This document shows positions 38,794-48,127 of a stretch of 64,000 bases of DNA, one piece after another (within the stretch, counting starts at the first letter, position 1; each line of letters begins with the position of its first letter). The translations under genes and the position numbers were made by a program. The stretch is taken from NCBI GenBank assembly GCA_963824985.1, contig CAWGRQ010000031.1, forward strand, positions 147,329 through 211,328, given 5' to 3'. The notes under the pieces were generated by a model, which made no database searches, had not been told where the DNA came from, and was given only the letters and a program-made list of their open reading frames with translations. Source of the DNA: Terriglobia bacterium (GTDB taxonomy: Bacteria > Acidobacteriota > UBA6911).

Positions 38794-38982
38794 GGCGCAC
38801 CCGATGACGCATGAAAAAGACTGGCAGCAGAGGAGATACCGTCGGAATCGGGATCGGAATCGGTTTCGATATCGATGGCGATTGCGACCCCGATCCCGAT
38901 GCCGACCCCGATGGTTGGTGGATGTAGAGTTTATTTTCGGAACAGAAGCAGAGCAACTTCATTTTCGTGTCTTTGGTGCGCA
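38794..38982. repeat. GGGGTCGG/CCGACCCC hairpin element with flanking TTCATGCGTCA..GGTGCGCC motifs, copy 1
   Basis: GGCGCACCCGATGACGCATGAA at 38794-38815. Arms GTCGGAATCGGGATCGGAATCGG (38841-38863) / CGACCCCGATCCCGATGCCGACCCCGAT (38885-38912). A degenerate motif at 38958-38982. Confidence 0.65.
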
Positions 38983-39163
38983 GCGTGATTTTGCGGAAAC
39001 CAGGGCTGTTCCCGACGGGATTTGTCTGTGAAGCTGTTTCCGCTTTGCTATTATTATAGGGTTATTCTACTTCGCCCGCCTGGCGATCCGAAAGGCACCG
39101 AGCGCACCGGCCCGGCCGCCGGTCTATTCATTCTCGCCGCATTCCGGCTAGTGGAGTGCAGCC

Positions 39164-41593
39164 GTGAGTACCATATTTCAGGATATCGTCTTCAGCCATC
39201 GCTTCCTCAAGAGCCGTCCCGGCTTCACGATCGCGGCGGCCCTTACGCTCGCGCTGGGTATCGGAGCAAACACCATCGTTTTCAGCGTGGTGCATGCGCT
39301 GCTCCTCAAGCCGCTGCCGCTCGAGGAACCGGAACGGCTCGTCGCGGTCAATGAGAAAGACCCGCTGCACGGGCTGCTCTTCAATACCTGCTCGACGCGC
39401 ATGTTCCTGACGCTGCGCGAGCACGACGACGTCTTCGCGCATCTCACCGCCTGGTATGAGCGCAACACGAACGTGGGCGGTCTGAACCGGCCTCTCCAGG
39501 TTGTGGCCTGGCAGACGACTGCCGATTTCTTCGCGGCCATGGGCTTGCGGCCCGCGATCGGGCGCGGCTTCTATCCTGAAGAGACGGTTGTCGGCAATCC
39601 TCGCGATGTTGTGGTGCTCGGCAACCGGTTCTGGCGCCAGCAATTCGCCGCCGACCCCGGGATCGTCGGGAGAACGATCCTCGTCGACGACCGGTCGACC
39701 ACGATCGTGGGGGTGATGGCGCCCAACGAACAGTGGCTTGACGCGGATCTGTTGATGCCGCTCCCCCCCTACGTAACGAATACGCCGGATCGGCGCATCC
39801 TTTTCGTCGTGGGGCGTCTGAAACCCGGCCTGACGCTCGCGGCCGCGCAGGCTTATCTGCAGGGAATCACCTCCGGCGTGAATCCGGAATTCCATGCCGG
39901 GCAATCCGTGACTACCGCCGGGCTCACCCCATTGGATCAGCTGCTGGTCGATCGCGACGCCCGGCGGATTGTGGCACTGCTCGGTGGCGCGGTCCTGATT
40001 GTACTCCTCATCGCCTGCGTCAACCTGGCGAGCCTGCTGCTGGCGCGGGCCGTGGGACGCCGGCGCGAGATCGCGATTCACACGGCGGTTGGCGCCCGGC
40101 CCTGCCGTCTCATGCGGCGGCTGGTGACCGAGTCGATCATGCTGGCTGCGCTCGGCGGAGCCATGGGCGTCCTGCTGGCCGTCTGGGGAGTGGACGTGCT
40201 CCGCAACTTTGGGGCCGGTCATATTCCGCGGCTCGATGCCGTGGGAATTCACGGTGCGACTCTTTTGTTCACCGCCGCTCTCACATTCATCACGGGTCTG
40301 GCTGCCGGGCTGGTGCCCGCGATCCAGGCGTCGCGGCCGAATGTCGCCGAAGCGCTCAAGGAAGCCACCGAAAGCGGCTTCGGCGCGCCCAAACGCCACG
40401 GATTGCGCGGCACGCTCGTGGTCATCGAGGTGGCCCTGGCGCTCGCGCTGCTCATCTCCGCCGGGCTGCTCCTGCGCAGCGCCGCGCGTGTCGCGCATGT
40501 CGACCCGGGATTCCAGACCGACGGCCGCGTGGCCATTACGGTGAATCTGCCGCGCACCCGGTATGAGCCGGATGCGACGGTGCTCCAGTTCTGGCGTGCC
40601 CTGCTCGAACGCGTCCGCGCCATGCCGGGCGTCCGCTCGGCGGCGGGCACCAGCGATCGCTGGCTGGTGGGCCAGCGCATCATGGAGTTCGACGTTGAAA
40701 ACCAGGCCGAATCAACAACGCGACTCCCGGTCGCGCAAGTCCGTACCGTCACCCCCGGCTATTTCAAGACGCTCGGCATCCGCATCCTCGAGGGGCGCGA
40801 CTTCAGCGACGCGGACTGGGCGACGATCGACGGGACGCTCCCCGGCAGCGCACCTTTCGTCTCACTGGTAAGCGAGTCCTTCGCCCGACGGCAGTGGCCG
40901 GGAGAGCGTGCGCTCGGCAAGAAGTTCAGACCCGTGGTGGGCAATGACCGCCCCTGGTGCACCGTGATCGGCGTGGTCAGTGACCTGCGCCAGGCAGCCC
41001 TCACCGAGCCGCCTCGCCCCTTCTTCTATCTTCCCGAATTCCAGTTCGCCTGGACCCGGTTGTATCTGGTAGCCCACGTGTCGGGGGACGCGCAGGCCAT
41101 CCTGCCGGGCATCCTGGAAGCTGTCTCTGCGCTGGATCCCAACGTGCCGGTCAACGAGGTCGTGTCACTCGATGCGCTGCGCGACGACTCACAATATGTC
41201 CCGCGCGCCATTACGTTTCTCGTCGTCATCTTTGCCATCTTGGCCCTCGCGCTGGCCGGGATCGGAGTGTACGGGCTGCTGGCATACTCGGTGGCGCGGC
41301 GCCGACATGAGTTCGGCGTGCGGATCACTCTCGGGGCGGGCCCCGGGGACATCATCCGCCTGGTCGTCGGCCAAGGGCTAAGGCTGACCCTCACCGGTTT
41401 GGTGGCGGGATTGCCGCTGGCGTACATCTTCACCGCACTGCTCGAAGCCCAACTGTTCGAAGTGTCCCCGACCGATCCGTTGACCTACACGATGGTCGCC
41501 GCCTTCCTGCTGCTGGTCGCTTTCATCGCCTGCCTGGTGCCCGCATGGCGTGCCACGAGGGTAGATCCCTGGAGAGCATTCCGCGCGGAGTAA
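39164..41593 (+). CDS. ADOP-family duplicated FtsX/MacB-like ABC permease, no adjacent ATPase
   Basis: 809 aa with a GTG start. [43 protein letters not shown]-terminus [19 protein letters not shown]. Confidence 0.9.
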   Translation: MSTIFQDIVFSHRFLKSRPGFTIAAALTLALGIGANTIVFSVVHALLLKPLPLEEPERLVAVNEKDPLHGLLFNTCSTRMFLTLREHDDVFAHLTAWYERNTNVGGLNRPLQVVAWQTTADFFAAMGLRPAIGRGFYPEETVVGNPRDVVVLGNRFWRQQFAADPGIVGRTILVDDRSTTIVGVMAPNEQWLDADLLMPLPPYVTNTPDRRILFVVGRLKPGLTLAAAQAYLQGITSGVNPEFHAGQSVTTAGLTPLDQLLVDRDARRIVALLGGAVLIVLLIACVNLASLLLARAVGRRREIAIHTAVGARPCRLMRRLVTESIMLAALGGAMGVLLAVWGVDVLRNFGAGHIPRLDAVGIHGATLLFTAALTFITGLAAGLVPAIQASRPNVAEALKEATESGFGAPKRHGLRGTLVVIEVALALALLISAGLLLRSAARVAHVDPGFQTDGRVAITVNLPRTRYEPDATVLQFWRALLERVRAMPGVRSAAGTSDRWLVGQRIMEFDVENQAESTTRLPVAQVRTVTPGYFKTLGIRILEGRDFSDADWATIDGTLPGSAPFVSLVSESFARRQWPGERALGKKFRPVVGNDRPWCTVIGVVSDLRQAALTEPPRPFFYLPEFQFAWTRLYLVAHVSGDAQAILPGILEAVSALDPNVPVNEVVSLDALRDDSQYVPRAITFLVVIFAILALALAGIGVYGLLAYSVARRRHEFGVRITLGAGPGDIIRLVVGQGLRLTLTGLVAGLPLAYIFTALLEAQLFEVSPTDPLTYTMVAAFLLLVAFIACLVPAWRATRVDPWRAFRAE

Positions 41594-41661
41594 CTCGCGC
41601 CCTGTCAGTTCGGGCACAACCTTCCTCGCTTTTTAGGGCTGGTCTCCCGATGATCGTGTTA

Positions 41662-41725
41662 CCAGGGCCAGCGACCTGGGAACACGGGTCTGAAAATTCG
41701 CCCAAGCCCTGAAATAGCGAAGCAG
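41662..41725 (-). repeat. REP-like unit, reverse orientation, upstream of the RAYT gene
   Basis: CCAGGGCCAGCGACCTGGGAACA...AGCCCTGAAATAGCGAAGCAG aligns with the reverse unit at 42670-42740. Confidence 0.6.
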
Positions 41726-41757
41726 TTCGTGAAACTTCCTCTCATGAGGGAGGCTGT

Positions 41758-42213
41758 ATGGCCCAATCGCTTTCCAGGATTTTGGTGCACCTCATTTTCT
41801 CCACCAAGGAGCGTTTTCCGTTCCTGGTTGACATAGAATTACGCAAACGGATCCATGCCTATCTCGCGCGGGTCTTCATCGAACACGATTCACCAGCTAT
41901 TGAAGTCGGCGGCACCGAGGATCATGTTCACATACTGACTTTGCTGAGTCGTAACCATGCGATCTCCGAGATCATCAGGAAAGCAAAGGCAAGTTCCTCG
42001 GGCTGGGTGAAGTCTCAGCGGGGCTTGCTTTCGAAATTTGAGTGGCAGGGTGGTTATGGCGCATTTTCCATTCATCCATCACAGATAGATCCCGTCACAA
42101 AATATATCAAAGGCCAGGTGGAACATCATCGTCGTCGTACCTTCCAGGAAGAGTACCTGGATTTCTTACGCGAATATCAGATACCCTATGACGAGAGATA
42201 TCTTTGGAGATAG
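41758..42213 (+). CDS. IS200/IS605-family Y1 HUH transposase, REP-associated (RAYT-like)
   Basis: 151 aa. HUH motif in EDHVHILTLL and a candidate catalytic Tyr in WQGGYGAFS. No tnpB. Flanked by REP-like units. Confidence 0.8.
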   Translation: MAQSLSRILVHLIFSTKERFPFLVDIELRKRIHAYLARVFIEHDSPAIEVGGTEDHVHILTLLSRNHAISEIIRKAKASSSGWVKSQRGLLSKFEWQGGYGAFSIHPSQIDPVTKYIKGQVEHHRRRTFQEEYLDFLREYQIPYDERYLWR

Positions 42214-42230
42214 ATGGAACGCCACTCTGC

Positions 42231-42518
42231 GCCGCCCTTGCAGGGCTGATCTCACACATCTTCAAGATCCCAGGGCTTACGCCCTGGGCTTTGTTGCTCC
42301 GCCCTTTCAGGGCTTCTCTCCAGTCGGTGCGCATGATCCCAGGATTCCGCCCTGGGCTTTGTTGCTCCGCCCTTTCAGGGCTTCTCTCCAGTCGGTGCGC
42401 ATGATCCCAGGATTCCGCCCTGGGCTTTGTTGTTCCGCCCTTTCAGGGCTTCTCTCCAGTCGGTGCGCATGATCCCAGGATTCCGCCCTGGGCTTTGTTA
42501 CGCCGCCCCTTCAGAGCT
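42231..42518 (+). repeat. Tandem array of a 68-bp two-hairpin REP-like unit (~4.2 copies)
   Basis: Period 68 bp (unit starts at 42301, 42369, 42437). Unit sequence is GCCCTTTCAGGGCTTCTCTCCAGTCGGTGCGCATGATCCCAGGATTCCGCCCTGGGCTTTGTTGCTCC. Units 2-4 differ at 1-4 positions; unit 1 is diverged. Confidence 0.9.
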
Positions 42519-42651
42519 CACGAGCTTTTCAGCACATCCGCATTGAGATCGATGAGTAATTGCGGCCGGCAATGTATATCACCCTTATGGGCCTTTTGCA
42601 GCCTGCGCTTTGCCGTTGGACCTCTTGGGGCTCTGTAGCCGGGGGCAATTA

Positions 42652-42740
42652 GGACCCTGAAAGGGTCAGGCAGCAAAGCCCAGGGCGTGAGCCCTGGGAA
42701 CAACGGCAGAGCGGGATAAAGCCCTGAAGGGGCGGAGCAG
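42652..42740 (-). repeat. REP-like unit, reverse orientation, plus an extra GACCCTGAAAGGGTC hairpin
   Basis: CCCAGGGCGTGAGCCCTGGGAACAACGGCAGAGCGGGATAAAGCCCTGAAGGGGCGGAGCAG. Confidence 0.75.
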
Positions 42741-42766
42741 TCAATTCCGCACCTTAAGGGTGTCCT

Positions 42767-43798
42767 TCAGGCGGGAGCGCTGCCGGTTTCAGGCATGGAG
42801 CTCACATCTGTCGATTCGCCTCCGGCGCTGACGGCACTCTGCTCTTCCCTCGAAAGCCCGGTGGCCGCCTGAAACAGGAGGGTCTGGGAGGCAAGAAACC
42901 ACAGCTTAATCATGATGCGTCCCACCAGGTAGAGTTGACTGACCAGGAACGTGGCGATCAGGGTCGTGTCGCTCTCCTGCCCGGGACCGGGAGCCACCAG
43001 AGCATACACGGCCATCAGGATTCCCGCGGCCAGCAGGATAAGAAAATAGAGCGTCAATGTCTGCACGGGATGGAAAACAAAGAACCGCAGGCCGCGGAAA
43101 AACGCCAGAATCGCGCTGCAGCGCTCCTCGGCAACCATGGCAATCTTCGCATAATCGAGAATCAGGCTGCTGATCACCAGGAGCAGCCCGACCAGCGCAT
43201 AAACACCCGCCGTATACATCATGGCTGTCATTTCGACGGTCACGTCCCGGGTCGCCCGACCGACCCAGTCGTGCAGCGGAGTGGAAATCCAGCGGAACAG
43301 CCCCCAGTACACGAGCAGGGAGATCATCAGCAGCCGGACGAATCGGAAGAAGTATTCAGCGCACGCGGCAAAGAAGGCTCTGCGCGTCCGGTGCCGGTCC
43401 GGGTCGCAAAAGCGCGAGAGAATCCCACCGCTCAGAAAGGCCCAGGCCAGCAGAAAGAGAATCCCTGCCGAGAGCACGGTCCGGTCGATCGCGAACAGGT
43501 TGCCATCGAGCAGCTTCTCCAGGTTGCCGAGAACGGGGAGGATTCCCACCACGCCCGGGCCAAAAGTCGAGGCCAGACCCGTGGCTCCCGAACTGAACTC
43601 CCCGTACCAGGAAATATCGAAGCCGCGGCGCATCTGCTCCTGCACCAGGCTGGAACCGAAGGAATCATTCAGGATGCTGCGCATGGCCGCCGTAAGCGGC
43701 AGCGCAATTACGACGCACGCCAGGTAAACCCAGAAAACCAGCGAAGGCGAGCGGCCCACAAGGCCGAGACCTTTTGTGTAATGCGAAATCTGCTTCAT
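42767..43798 (-). CDS. Polytopic membrane protein, function unknown
   Basis: At least seven hydrophobic helices. The ATG at 43798 avoids overlap with the upstream M1 peptidase gene (stop at 43831). Confidence 0.6.
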   Translation of the reverse strand: MKQISHYTKGLGLVGRSPSLVFWVYLACVVIALPLTAAMRSILNDSFGSSLVQEQMRRGFDISWYGEFSSGATGLASTFGPGVVGILPVLGNLEKLLDGNLFAIDRTVLSAGILFLLAWAFLSGGILSRFCDPDRHRTRRAFFAACAEYFFRFVRLLMISLLVYWGLFRWISTPLHDWVGRATRDVTVEMTAMMYTAGVYALVGLLLVISSLILDYAKIAMVAEERCSAILAFFRGLRFFVFHPVQTLTLYFLILLAAGILMAVYALVAPGPGQESDTTLIATFLVSQLYLVGRIMIKLWFLASQTLLFQAATGLSREEQSAVSAGGESTDVSSMPETGSAPA

Positions 43799-43830
43799 AG
43801 TGTCCCCGTCTCCGGAAGAGTTGCCCGCGT

Positions 43831-45852
43831 TCAGATCAGGAATGACAAAGTGAGCATGTAGTCCTGAAGCCAGGTCATCCACTTCGATGCCCACTTGCTC
43901 AAGGCAAACTCGGGTTTGGGCGCCAGCAGCCTGCTGTTGTTGGTGTAATTGACATCGAGCAGGAGCTTCCGCTCCGGGTCAACGACCGCATACACAAGCT
44001 TGGCCGGCTTCTCCACCTGGTAAAGTTTCCACAAATACTGGCCATCCCAGGTATCCCTGACCTCTTCTCCGTTTTCGAACTTGAGCACAACATCGACGGG
44101 AAGCGTCCCGTCCTCGAGCCTGCGGACGACCACCCGCGTCAAATAGTGTTTCTCACCAGATGGGCCTTTTGGGGCCAAGGCAGGCCCATCCTGGCCGTCG
44201 CGATACCCGTGCGTCGTGATCTCGTCGCTTGCGACCGATTCGACGGCATAATCGAAGACCGCGGCCTTATAGAACACCTGGCTGAAAAAGCCGCTCAGAT
44301 CGCGGCCGGAAACCTCATTGGCCGCGGCGAAGAAATCTTCCGGCCCCGGGTGGCGGAACTTCCAGCGCTGGAAGAAGGCCGACAGGATGTTGCGCAGGCT
44401 ATCCCACCCCAGGGTCCTCTCCAGCGTCGACAGCCAGAGGGCGGTTTTGTTGTAGCTGAGCGCATATCCGGTCGCCGGAAAATATTTATAGGAGGGGGTT
44501 GCCTCCACATCCGACCGCGCTGCCTCCCGGTAACCGTCAATCCCGTTTCCCGAAGTCATGCGCGGGAGCGTGATGCCGCGGATCATCACCGGAACATAGC
44601 CGTGGAAAAAGCGCCTGACATAGAATGGGTCGCCGAAAGCCGCTTGATAGGCTCGTTCCGTGGAAAAGGTGTTGAACCCCTCATCGATCCAGGCGTTTTC
44701 AAATTCGTTGTTGCCGACCAGGGCGTACCAGAACTGGTGTCCCGCTTCGTGAACCGTCACGCCTTCCGGGCTGCCGCCCCCTTCCGGATTCAGATATCGG
44801 GTGCCGCAGGTGAACAGCGTGGGGTACTCCATCCCGCCGGCGCCGCTGCCCCAGGCGGGATCGATGATCGTAATGTGCCCGTAAGGGTATTCACCGAACC
44901 AGGTGCCGTAATATTTCAGCGCCACCTCGGTCGCGCGGAAGTGCCGGGCCTCCTGGCCGCGATGCTCCGGCTGGTACAGCAGGCGCATGGTCACGGGCTT
45001 CAGCCCGGGATTTTCAAAGACCCGGGTGGCTTCCATATAAGCGGGGCTGGTCGTCCAGGCGAAATCATGGACATCCGCCTGCCGGTAGTGGTGGGTGCTT
45101 GTCCCGTCGGGGTTGTCGACAATCCCCTGCTGCAATCCCGTGGCCCCCAGCAGCCACCCGCGCGGCACGGTCATCTTGACGTCGTAGATGCCATAATCCG
45201 AAAAAAACTCCGTCCCGGCGTGGAACTGATGGCAGTTCCAGGTCCCATCCGGCTGGAATACGCCGAGCTTGGGAAACCACTGGGCCACGAAGAAGAAATC
45301 GCCGCGGAAACCGGTGCGCGAGAAGGTCCGGGGGATTTTGGCTTTCCAGACGATCTCAATCTGGACCGTTTCTCCGGCAGAGACGGGCCGCGGCAAAGTT
45401 GCGGCCAGAACGGTCTGGTCGTCCCCATTTCCGTCATCGGGTGCGAGGTAGCGCGCGGTTGACGTGATGTCCGCCGGGCTGAACGCACTGGAGGCGAGCA
45501 CTTTCATCGATTGCACCTGCGAATAGGACCAGTCGTCGTCTTTGACTTTGGAGAAATCCCGTCCGCGCAAGGCAGCTTCACGCATGTAGGTGCTCCGGTT
45601 GTTTTTCCAGGCGTTCCAGTACAGGTGGAACCGGACGTCCGTGGCCGGCGCCAGCGTGTCGTTGCGCCACTCCAATATTTCCTTGCCGGCGAGGGTCTTC
45701 AGGATCGGATCGAGCCTTACCTCGATGGTGTAGTTGGCATTTCGGGAACTCAACCGTTCCTCGGATTGCGCCGCCAAAATGGATGTGAACGCGAGGACAA
45801 CGACGCTGGCCGGTGCGAACCGCCCGCGTGAGAGCAGAAAAGCCATGAGCAC
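43831..45852 (-). CDS. M1-family (aminopeptidase N-like) zinc metallopeptidase
   Basis: HEAGHQFWYALVGNNEFENAWIDEG fits HEXXH-X18-E. Signal-like N-terminus. Confidence 0.85.
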   Translation of the reverse strand: MLMAFLLSRGRFAPASVVVLAFTSILAAQSEERLSSRNANYTIEVRLDPILKTLAGKEILEWRNDTLAPATDVRFHLYWNAWKNNRSTYMREAALRGRDFSKVKDDDWSYSQVQSMKVLASSAFSPADITSTARYLAPDDGNGDDQTVLAATLPRPVSAGETVQIEIVWKAKIPRTFSRTGFRGDFFFVAQWFPKLGVFQPDGTWNCHQFHAGTEFFSDYGIYDVKMTVPRGWLLGATGLQQGIVDNPDGTSTHHYRQADVHDFAWTTSPAYMEATRVFENPGLKPVTMRLLYQPEHRGQEARHFRATEVALKYYGTWFGEYPYGHITIIDPAWGSGAGGMEYPTLFTCGTRYLNPEGGGSPEGVTVHEAGHQFWYALVGNNEFENAWIDEGFNTFSTERAYQAAFGDPFYVRRFFHGYVPVMIRGITLPRMTSGNGIDGYREAARSDVEATPSYKYFPATGYALSYNKTALWLSTLERTLGWDSLRNILSAFFQRWKFRHPGPEDFFAAANEVSGRDLSGFFSQVFYKAAVFDYAVESVASDEITTHGYRDGQDGPALAPKGPSGEKHYLTRVVVRRLEDGTLPVDVVLKFENGEEVRDTWDGQYLWKLYQVEKPAKLVYAVVDPERKLLLDVNYTNNSRLLAPKPEFALSKWASKWMTWLQDYMLTLSFLI

Positions 45853-46004
45853 CTCCGCTCAATGCTGGATGGAAAGCATGATGTGTGCGGGCATTATATG
45901 GTGCAAGTATACCCGGCCGCAACCTGCTTTGAAAATAACTCCGTCAAGCAGCCTGTTCCGAAAATAGAGCCAATTCCGGTGCCGATCAACCGATCTGTTT
46001 CTGT

Positions 46005-46191
46005 GCCGCCCTTTCAGGGCTGGAGATCTTGGCACCTCAACCCAGGGCTTACGCCCTGGGCTGTGCTATAACGCCCTTTCAGGGCTGAGCATCTCGCCCA
46101 TGGGAAAACCCCGAAGGGGTGGTGCAGCAAAGCCCAGGGCGTGAGCCCTGGGGACTGGGGATCAACCTGGCCAGAGCCCTGAAAGGGCGGC
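46005..46191. repeat. Inverted pair of the same REP-like unit (forward + reverse)
   Basis: Forward: GCCGCCCTTTCAGGGC...CCCAGGGCTTACGCCCTGGG. Reverse: CCCAGGGCGTGAGCCCTGG...GCCCTGAAAGGGCGGC. Extra hairpins lie between them. Confidence 0.8.
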
Positions 46192-46221
46192 ACAGTGAAA
46201 GGGCGATGGGAGCTTAACATT

Positions 46222-46441
46222 TTCATGCGTCACAGGGTGCGCCATAAACACATGAGGGACTGCTTTAAAAATAGACTCAAATCTGACTGGACGTCGGGGT
46301 TGGAATCGGGGTCGGTATCGGGGTCGAAAGCACTGCCCAGCTGGCATCGAAGCCGATAGCGACTGCGACCCCGATTCCGATGCCGACCCCGATGATCACT
46401 GACGAAGCCAGCGCGAGCATTTCATGTATCACAGGATGCGC
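46222..46441. repeat. GGGGTCGG/CCGACCCC hairpin element with flanking direct motifs, copy 2
   Basis: TTCATGCGTCACAGGGTGCGCC (46222-46243) and TTCATGTATCACAGGATGCGCC (46420-46441) flank the arms GTCGGGGTTGGAATCGGGGTCGGTATCGGGGTCG / CGACCCCGATTCCGATGCCGACCCCGAT. Confidence 0.7.
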
Positions 46442-46465
46442 CCCGGGAGCATGCGATGCGGGTTT

Positions 46466-46554
46466 CAAAAAGCCCGATCAGGTAACATCCCAAATTTCCA
46501 CTCGGCCGAAATCTGAACTCAGCGTTAGATGGAAATTACGAATGTCCCCTTTTT
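46466..46554. repeat. GGGGACATTCC palindromic element, degenerate copy 3
   Basis: Right arm GAAATTACGAATGTCCCCTTTTT is well conserved. The left arm is only loosely recognisable. Confidence 0.5.
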
Positions 46555-46583
46555 GCCCGCGTCTGCGGTATCATTCCCGGGCA

Positions 46584-47237
46584 ATGAGCGAGCTGCTTTT
46601 GGTTCCGGCGCGTGAAACGCGCAGTGAGATCCTGGTGGTCAATTCACGGTTTATCGCCACGGCCGGTCCCGCCTTCAGCCTGGACGAAGCCCGGTCCCTG
46701 CTTGTCCGCATCCGCGGCGAGTTCCCCGACGCCACCCATCACGTGTCCGCGTTCGTCATCGGTCACGGCAATTCGGTGATTACCCATTGCCACGACGACG
46801 GCGAGCCCTCGGGGACCGCGGGGCGGCCGGCTCTGGCCGTGCTGCAGGGGAGTGGCCTGGGAGATGCGGCCGTCGTCATCACCCGATATTTTGGGGGCAC
46901 CCGGCTGGGAACCGGAGGGTTGGTGCACGCCTACGGCGATGCTGTTCGCAGCGTGTTGGCGATTCTGCCGCGCGCACGCAAGGCAGCCACGCACACGGTG
47001 CGCCTCATAATCCCTTATGCGAGCTTCGAGCGGGTCCGGCGGCTGCTGGCAATGCATCAGGGCCAGATCCTGAACCAGGATTTCGGCGCCGAGGTCACGA
47101 TAACGGCCCGGCTGGTGGTGGATGAGTTCGCGGCGGCACAGAGTGCCTTGCAGGAAGCCTCAAACGGCGCCTGGCAGGCTGAGATTCTCGAAACCAACCT
47201 GGCCACCCTGATGCCCCTGGTCAGCGGCCCGGCCTGA
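46584..47237 (+). CDS. yigZ: YigZ / IMPACT-family (UPF0029) protein
   Basis: NSRFIATAGP, DATHHVSAFVIG, DDGEPSGTAGRPALAVLQG, VVITRYFGGTRLGTGGLVHAYG. The upstream part of the ORF-track ORF runs through repeats. Confidence 0.8.
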   Translation: MSELLLVPARETRSEILVVNSRFIATAGPAFSLDEARSLLVRIRGEFPDATHHVSAFVIGHGNSVITHCHDDGEPSGTAGRPALAVLQGSGLGDAAVVITRYFGGTRLGTGGLVHAYGDAVRSVLAILPRARKAATHTVRLIIPYASFERVRRLLAMHQGQILNQDFGAEVTITARLVVDEFAAAQSALQEASNGAWQAEILETNLATLMPLVSGPA

Positions 47238-47287
47238 GGGAAGAGCGCTGTTCCTCATCACAGGGAAAAACGAGGAGACTCTGCCTG

Positions 47288-47908
47288 ATGCTGCAATACC
47301 TCATGCTCGGTTGGGGGTTCGGCTTTGCAGCCAGCGTCCAGCCCGGACCCCTGCAGGCCTTTCTCCTGTCGCGCGCGGCATCCCAGGGCTGGGTTCGCAC
47401 CCTCCCCGCTTCGTTGGCGCCGCTGCTCACCGACGGCCCGATCGCCCTCCTGGTGCTGCTTGTGGTGGGCCGGCTTTCCCCGGAGGCACAGCTCTACCTG
47501 CGTGCCGCCGGGGGATGCCTGCTGCTCTACCTTGCCTGGGGCGCCCTTCGGGAATGGCAACGCTCAGCCCCGACACGTCAATTCACGCCCGGATCCGGAG
47601 CGCGGACTCTCATGCAGGCGGCTGCCGTTAACCTGCTCAACCCCAATCCGTACCTGGGCTGGGCTCTCGTTCTGGGGCCGGCAGTCATAAGCGCCTGGCG
47701 CCAAAGTCCGGTCCTTGCCGTCGCCCTGATCGCGGCCTTTTACGGCACCATGGTCTTGGCCCTGGCCGGGAGCATCCTGTTCGCCGGTACGGATCGTTTT
47801 CTCGGACCGCGCGGCCGCCGCGTCCTGATTTTGCTCTCCGCGGTTGTGCTCGCCGCCCTGGGAGTCTATCAACTGTTCGTCAGCATACTCCCGGGCCGCG
47901 AGGCCTGA
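47288..47908 (+). CDS. LysE/RhtB-family amino-acid exporter
   Basis: GWGFGFAASVQPGPLQAFLLSRA N-terminus. About six TM helices in 206 aa. Confidence 0.8.
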   Translation: MLQYLMLGWGFGFAASVQPGPLQAFLLSRAASQGWVRTLPASLAPLLTDGPIALLVLLVVGRLSPEAQLYLRAAGGCLLLYLAWGALREWQRSAPTRQFTPGSGARTLMQAAAVNLLNPNPYLGWALVLGPAVISAWRQSPVLAVALIAAFYGTMVLALAGSILFAGTDRFLGPRGRRVLILLSAVVLAALGVYQLFVSILPGREA

Positions 47909-47910
47909 GC

Positions 47911-47989
47911 AAAAAGGGGACATTCCTAATTTCTTCCTAAACGCCCTCATGCAAAGGAGTTGGGGAACAATTAGGAATGTCCCTTTTTT
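47911..47989. repeat. GGGGACATTCC palindromic element, copy 2 (terminator-like)
   Basis: Arms AAAAAGGGGACATTCCTAATT / AATTAGGAATGTCCCTTTTTT. Starts 3 bp after the LysE stop. The A-run and T-run flanks resemble a bidirectional intrinsic terminator. Confidence 0.75.
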
Positions 47990-48127
47990 GACTCGGGGGC
48001 AAATTCTCCAGGACCGCTGTGGGCTTGTGTGGTGTACAATCGGCAACCGTCAACAGTTTCATAAGATAACGGCCTCACCCGAGGGTGTTTGCCTCGAGCC
48101 GCGCCGGATCTTCAATGAGGAGGAGAG

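Noticed and set aside
38771-38962. Small ORFs encoding GIGIG / PIPIP / PIPTP-type peptides here and at 46277-46468 could be RiPP-like precursors or membrane peptides.
   Set aside because: The two DNA copies are homologous, but the open frame differs between them. The peptide repeats simply mirror the hairpin arms. No start context or partner enzymes are present.
42188-42472. ORF-track ORFs running through the REP arrays (LTPWALLLRPFRA-type peptides), also at 42518-42703, 45862-46071 and 46014-46226.
   Set aside because: They are translations of repeat DNA, present in both orientations and in different frames.
42231-42518. The regularly spaced repeats might be a CRISPR array.
   Set aside because: The entire 68-bp period is repeated almost identically, so there are no unique spacers. 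The unit contains two hairpins typical of REP elements. No cas genes are present, and a Y1 transposase gene is adjacent.
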